This document shows positions 21,990 to 25,693 of a DNA stretch of 25,693 bases, one piece after another (the stretch's first letter is position 1; each line of letters opens with the position of its first letter). The notes beneath the pieces were generated by a model. That model was not told the DNA's origin and made no database searches. It worked only from the letters and a program-made list of their open reading frames with translations. This DNA is from an uncultured virus (IMG/VR IMGVR_UViG_3300048919_000076) (Duplodnaviria; Heunggongvirae; Uroviricota; Caudoviricetes): IMG/VR virus record IMGVR_UViG_3300048919_000076. The stretch is one strand, 5' to 3'. Position numbers and translations under genes: made by a program.

Positions 21990-23636
21990 TTGTCCTATTT
22001 CAAAAAGCTAAAGGAGCGAGAAGTGGAAGTTTTTAATAAAGAAACAGTTGATGACGTTAAGAAGTATACATCTGTAGATGCGCCTGAACGTGGTATCCGT
22101 AAAGCTACATTGGAACGCTTTGGTGTAAAGGTGGCACTGTCTGAGAAAGATGGTAAGACACCAGAAGCTTTCTACTTCCCTTCATACAATCAGAAAGGGA
22201 AAGTTGTAGGCTACACAAAACAAGATGTCACCAAGGGCAAAGATGAGAAAGGTCATTGGACTGCTGTTGGTAGTGTTTCTATTGGCAATAAGTTGTTTGG
22301 CCAAGAAGTTGCTGAAAACACTAACCGCAAACGTACAAATCTGATCACGACCGAAGGCCAGTGGGACTGTCTTAGTGTATGGCAATCAGCTGTTGAGAAT
22401 GTAAAGGGTACAAAGTTTGAAGGTCTTGAACCACTAGTTGTATCTATTCCGCTAGGTACGGCTAATGCAGTAGAAGCTTTGCTTCATAACGAAGAGTATG
22501 TAAAGAGTCACGATTCCCTGACTATTTTCTTCGATGACGACTATTGTACTCCCGCAGAAACAAAGAAAGGAGTTATGAAAGGGCATGAAGCCCGTGAAGC
22601 TGTTGCTAGTGCATTAGTAGGTTCAGGGCTGTCTTTGATGACGGTAGTTCCGGCTGATGGCTTTAAGGATGCTTCTGATTACTTGCAAGCTAATCGTTCT
22701 GAAGATTTGGCTAAACTTATTCAGTTTGGTAAACGTGCATATTCTGCTGAAAAGATTGTTAAAGCATCTGACATTAGTATTGAGGAATTGCTTGAGCCAC
22801 GTCCAGAGGGTGTGTACGTTAACGAGTTTCCAAAGTTGATGGATAAACTACATGGTTTTCGTATGCGCGAACTTGTCCTGTTGACTAGTCCTAGCGGTGT
22901 AGGTAAATCAACTGTGACTTCTATTTTTGCTAGTTCTTTTATGGAATCTGGTGAGAAGCTTGGAATGATCTATCTGGAAGAATCAAACAAAGAAACAATG
23001 CAACGTCTGATTGCAGCTAAATTGAAAGTAAGTTATCTGAAGTTTAAAGATAAACCCCTTGAATGTGCAACACTGGAACAAATTACACAAGCTCGCAATG
23101 AAATTGTAGACAACGATTTGCTTGTTATGTTGGGCCACTTCGGCAGTTTGCCAGTTAGTGAGCTGATGAACAAAGTAAAACATATGCACTTGGTTGAAGG
23201 GTGTAAGTACATTCTTATTGACCACTTGAGTATGGTTGTATCTGGTAGTCATGTAACAGACGAACGTAAAGAACTGGATATTGTAATGACAGAACTTGCT
23301 GCATTCTGCGCAGCTAATGACGTCTGTGTTATTGCGGTGTCACACATCAACCGAAGTGCAGCGGAGCAATTCAAAGCACCAAAAGGCAATGAAGACAAAC
23401 CGTTTTGGGTCAAAGTTACAAAGGAGATGATGCGAGGAAGTGCGGCGCTGGAACAATTGAGTTTTGTTATCATTGGTTTGGAACCTCAAATTATGCCTGA
23501 CCGCTCTCGCGGTAATGTGCGACTAACTGTTCTGAAGAATCGACCTTGGAGTTACTTGGGAGTTGCAGATGAATTTACTATTGATGAAAACACTTGGGCA
23601 GTATTGCTTGCTCAGGAAGTTCCAGATGATTTTTAG
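21990..23636 (+). CDS. T7 gp4-like DNA primase-helicase (TOPRIM + DnaB-like SF4 helicase)
   Basis: TOPRIM TEGQWD, FDDD, KDASDY; Walker A SPSGVGKST, YLEES, IDHLS, VSHINR, RGSAALEQLS, LKNR; start is TTG 21990 or GTG 22023 (both have an RBS). Confidence 0.95.
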   Translation: MSYFKKLKEREVEVFNKETVDDVKKYTSVDAPERGIRKATLERFGVKVALSEKDGKTPEAFYFPSYNQKGKVVGYTKQDVTKGKDEKGHWTAVGSVSIGNKLFGQEVAENTNRKRTNLITTEGQWDCLSVWQSAVENVKGTKFEGLEPLVVSIPLGTANAVEALLHNEEYVKSHDSLTIFFDDDYCTPAETKKGVMKGHEAREAVASALVGSGLSLMTVVPADGFKDASDYLQANRSEDLAKLIQFGKRAYSAEKIVKASDISIEELLEPRPEGVYVNEFPKLMDKLHGFRMRELVLLTSPSGVGKSTVTSIFASSFMESGEKLGMIYLEESNKETMQRLIAAKLKVSYLKFKDKPLECATLEQITQARNEIVDNDLLVMLGHFGSLPVSELMNKVKHMHLVEGCKYILIDHLSMVVSGSHVTDERKELDIVMTELAAFCAANDVCVIAVSHINRSAAEQFKAPKGNEDKPFWVKVTKEMMRGSAALEQLSFVIIGLEPQIMPDRSRGNVRLTVLKNRPWSYLGVADEFTIDENTWAVLLAQEVPDDF

Positions 23637-23644
23637 AGAATGTG

Positions 23645-23673
23645 TTGCATTCAGTCTGAATTGGGCGTACAAT
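23645..23673 (+). promoter_or_regulatory. Sigma70-type promoter for the polymerase gene
   Basis: TTGCAT-N17-TACAAT. Confidence 0.7.
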
Positions 23674-23708
23674 CTTCACCAGACTTAAAAAGATAGAGGA
23701 ATTTATAA

Positions 23709-25693
23709 GTGATCATTACGTACGACATTGAAACGAGCGGGCTTTTGGATGAAACTGCGATTGATTATTGCAGCTCGCCTTACAAGTTGCGGGATAGCTT
23801 TAAGATGCATTGTGTTGTGGTAGAGGAACATGACACAGGAAAGATTATTGCCTTCTATAACGGCCCGACTTATGTTTTCGATGGTCGTCGTTATGAGGAA
23901 AAAGTTGGGGAGCATACATACGTTCTTGAAAATTATCTTGAACAAGATTATGAACATCAACAATTGGACGCGTTTGTCTCTTACATTAAGAACAATCCGA
24001 TTTCCAAGGTCGTTGGTGCCAACATCATTAACTTTGACTTGCTGGCTTGCAAATTGTACTTCGATATGGAGTATGAAGTAGAGCCGGATATGTGGGTTGG
24101 GAAGCCTGTAGAAATTTCCGATACTATGATGACCTCAAAAACACTCAATCCTGATAGGTTTGGTGGTCATAGTCTGGATGCTTTGTCTCAAAAGACCGGG
24201 ATTCAGAAACGAGAATTTCGTAAGCACATGCACAAAGATATTCGATTTAAAGATAATGCTGCGGATTTGATTTACTATTGCATCTACGACGTTAAGGCAA
24301 ACACCCAAGTCTATCATATGCTTGAGAAGGAAAAAGAGGGTTGGGATTGGTCTGATGCAATTAGTCTTGAGAAGTCTGTTGTTGAACTGATTACTCGACA
24401 GACACACCGAGGCTTCAAGTTTGATGCTGTTTTGGCTGAAAAGAACGTCCGAGAACTTGATATTATGATGGAAGAACGTCGGGCACGAGTGGAACCTATC
24501 TTGCCTAAACGTCCAGCCACAAAAGTTTTCATGAAAGACTTTACTCCGCCCGTACGTCAATTTAAAAAAGACGGGAGTTATGCAGCAGATTTGATTAAGT
24601 TTGTAGAGAGACATGGCGGGGAATTGGGGGAGGAGAGGACGGTAGATTTGTTTGGCACCACTTATGAGTTGCCGCTGCCTAATGAGCCTTTAGTAACTGA
24701 AATGACCGCTACTATTGATGATACAACACACATTAAAGAGTGGTTGTGTGGTTTGGGTTGGTCGCCGCAAGAATACAAAGAGAAGGATCTTTCAACAGAT
24801 ACAAAAAAGATTAAGCTTACGAAAGAAAAGCTCGAAGCATCTATTGACCGCTATGTTGTACAGACACTGGCAAGTAATTTCTGCGAAGATCGTTGCGATC
24901 ATTTAGATACAAATAGGCACAAACTGAAAGCACAACTCCTGAAAAGAGCAGATGCTGGACGTGCAATTAAAGTTCTGACTAACCCGAGCTTCACTGTGGG
25001 GCAAGACAAGGAGATGGACCCCGGACTTGAGGACATTGCAGAAAAGTTTCCTTTTGTTCGTGATGTTGTTGAATATCTCACTTACAAACACCGCCGCAAC
25101 AGTATTCTTGGTGGTGGTTTGGAATGGGACGAAGAGGAAGAACCAGAAAAAGGATTTATTGCAGCAGTAAGACAAGATGGACGTATCCCAACACCAGCAG
25201 ATACTTGCGGGGCCGGGACCAGCAGATTCAAACATCGTCTCGTCGCAAACATAAGTCGTGTAACATCTCTTTATGGAGAGCCGATGCGAGCTATGTTTGG
25301 GGTTGATGAGGGTTATTACCAAATTGGTTACGATTTTGACAGCCTTGAAGCTAAAGAGGAGGCGAGCTACTGTTGGAGGTATGAAGAGGGGGATAAAGAG
25401 TACTGCACATCTCTATTGCAAGATAAACCCAATGACGTACACACAATGATGGCCCGAAAGATTTCTGCACTGATTGGACGTGATTTTAAGCGATCACCTG
25501 CAAAATCAATCAAGTACGGGGCAACCTACGGAGCGCAAGCAAAGAAGGTAGCAAAGATTATTGGGGATAATATTACTGTAGGGCAACAAGTGTTTGATGC
25601 TTTCTGGGAAGCAGCAGCACCTTTGAACAAACTGAAGAAACGTCTGTCTGAGTATTGGGAACGACAGGGGGGTAAGAAATTCATTCTTGGTAT
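23709..25693 (+). CDS. Family A DNA polymerase (T7-like) with 3'-5' exonuclease, 3' truncated by window end
   Basis: Absent from the ORF track (no stop in window); GTG start with GAGG RBS; Exo I YDIETSG, Exo II NIINFD, Exo III YCIYDV; motif A GYDFDSLE; motif B RSPAKSIKYGATYG. Confidence 0.95.
   Translation, partial: MIITYDIETSGLLDETAIDYCSSPYKLRDSFKMHCVVVEEHDTGKIIAFYNGPTYVFDGRRYEEKVGEHTYVLENYLEQDYEHQQLDAFVSYIKNNPISKVVGANIINFDLLACKLYFDMEYEVEPDMWVGKPVEISDTMMTSKTLNPDRFGGHSLDALSQKTGIQKREFRKHMHKDIRFKDNAADLIYYCIYDVKANTQVYHMLEKEKEGWDWSDAISLEKSVVELITRQTHRGFKFDAVLAEKNVRELDIMMEERRARVEPILPKRPATKVFMKDFTPPVRQFKKDGSYAADLIKFVERHGGELGEERTVDLFGTTYELPLPNEPLVTEMTATIDDTTHIKEWLCGLGWSPQEYKEKDLSTDTKKIKLTKEKLEASIDRYVVQTLASNFCEDRCDHLDTNRHKLKAQLLKRADAGRAIKVLTNPSFTVGQDKEMDPGLEDIAEKFPFVRDVVEYLTYKHRRNSILGGGLEWDEEEEPEKGFIAAVRQDGRIPTPADTCGAGTSRFKHRLVANISRVTSLYGEPMRAMFGVDEGYYQIGYDFDSLEAKEEASYCWRYEEGDKEYCTSLLQDKPNDVHTMMARKISALIGRDFKRSPAKSIKYGATYGAQAKKVAKIIGDNITVGQQVFDAFWEAAAPLNKLKKRLSEYWERQGGKKFILG

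Noticed and set aside
21631..21990. Read-through or frameshift fusion of the CxxC ORF to the primase to supply a zinc domain
   Set aside because: Different frames, intervening stops in both frames, and only one CxxC
19467..23473. Minus-strand ORFs such as 19467..19877, 21086..21514 and 22983..23252
   Set aside because: Antisense to well-supported plus-strand genes; no RBS and atypical composition
23703..25322. Several ORF-track ORFs over the polymerase region (e.g. 23830..24081, 24135..24614, 24903..25322)
   Set aside because: Shadow frames of the continuous DNA polymerase ORF starting at 23709
1..25693. CRISPR or other regularly spaced repeat array, tRNA genes, integrase
   Set aside because: No regularly spaced repeats, cloverleaf/T-loop signatures or recombinase motifs seen by eye

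Overview
A 25.7-kb segment of a lytic dsDNA tailed phage genome, AT-rich, probably infecting a Gram-negative bacterium (inferred from sigma70/sigma54-type sites and a lipobox protein). There are four parts. (1) 1-3536: a rightward run of small genes ending in an HTH protein and a NUMOD4-HNH homing endonuclease. (2) 3537-4326: a ~790-bp non-coding, palindrome-rich junction between convergent transcription units, possibly the genome-end region. (3) 4327-18678: a leftward early/host-takeover region of ~50 mostly unknown small genes driven by ~14 sigma70-type promoters, several built into terminator hairpins. (4) 18881-end: rightward genes leading to a T7 gp4-like primase-helicase lacking the zinc-binding domain and a family A DNA polymerase truncated by the window end. 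The best candidate for an undescribed system is 16297-17723. There, a dedicated promoter drives a ~345-nt non-coding stretch of stacked stems whose G-U pairs work only on the transcribed strand, followed by a zinc-repeat GIY-YIG/T5orf172-like nuclease gene and a terminator. Other leads are an EF-Ts N-terminal mimic, stand-alone mini-genes resembling tail-sheath and baseplate fragments, a KOW mini-protein and a perfect sigma54 site. No tRNA, CRISPR array or integrase was seen. All family assignments are by-eye motif recognition, not database hits.
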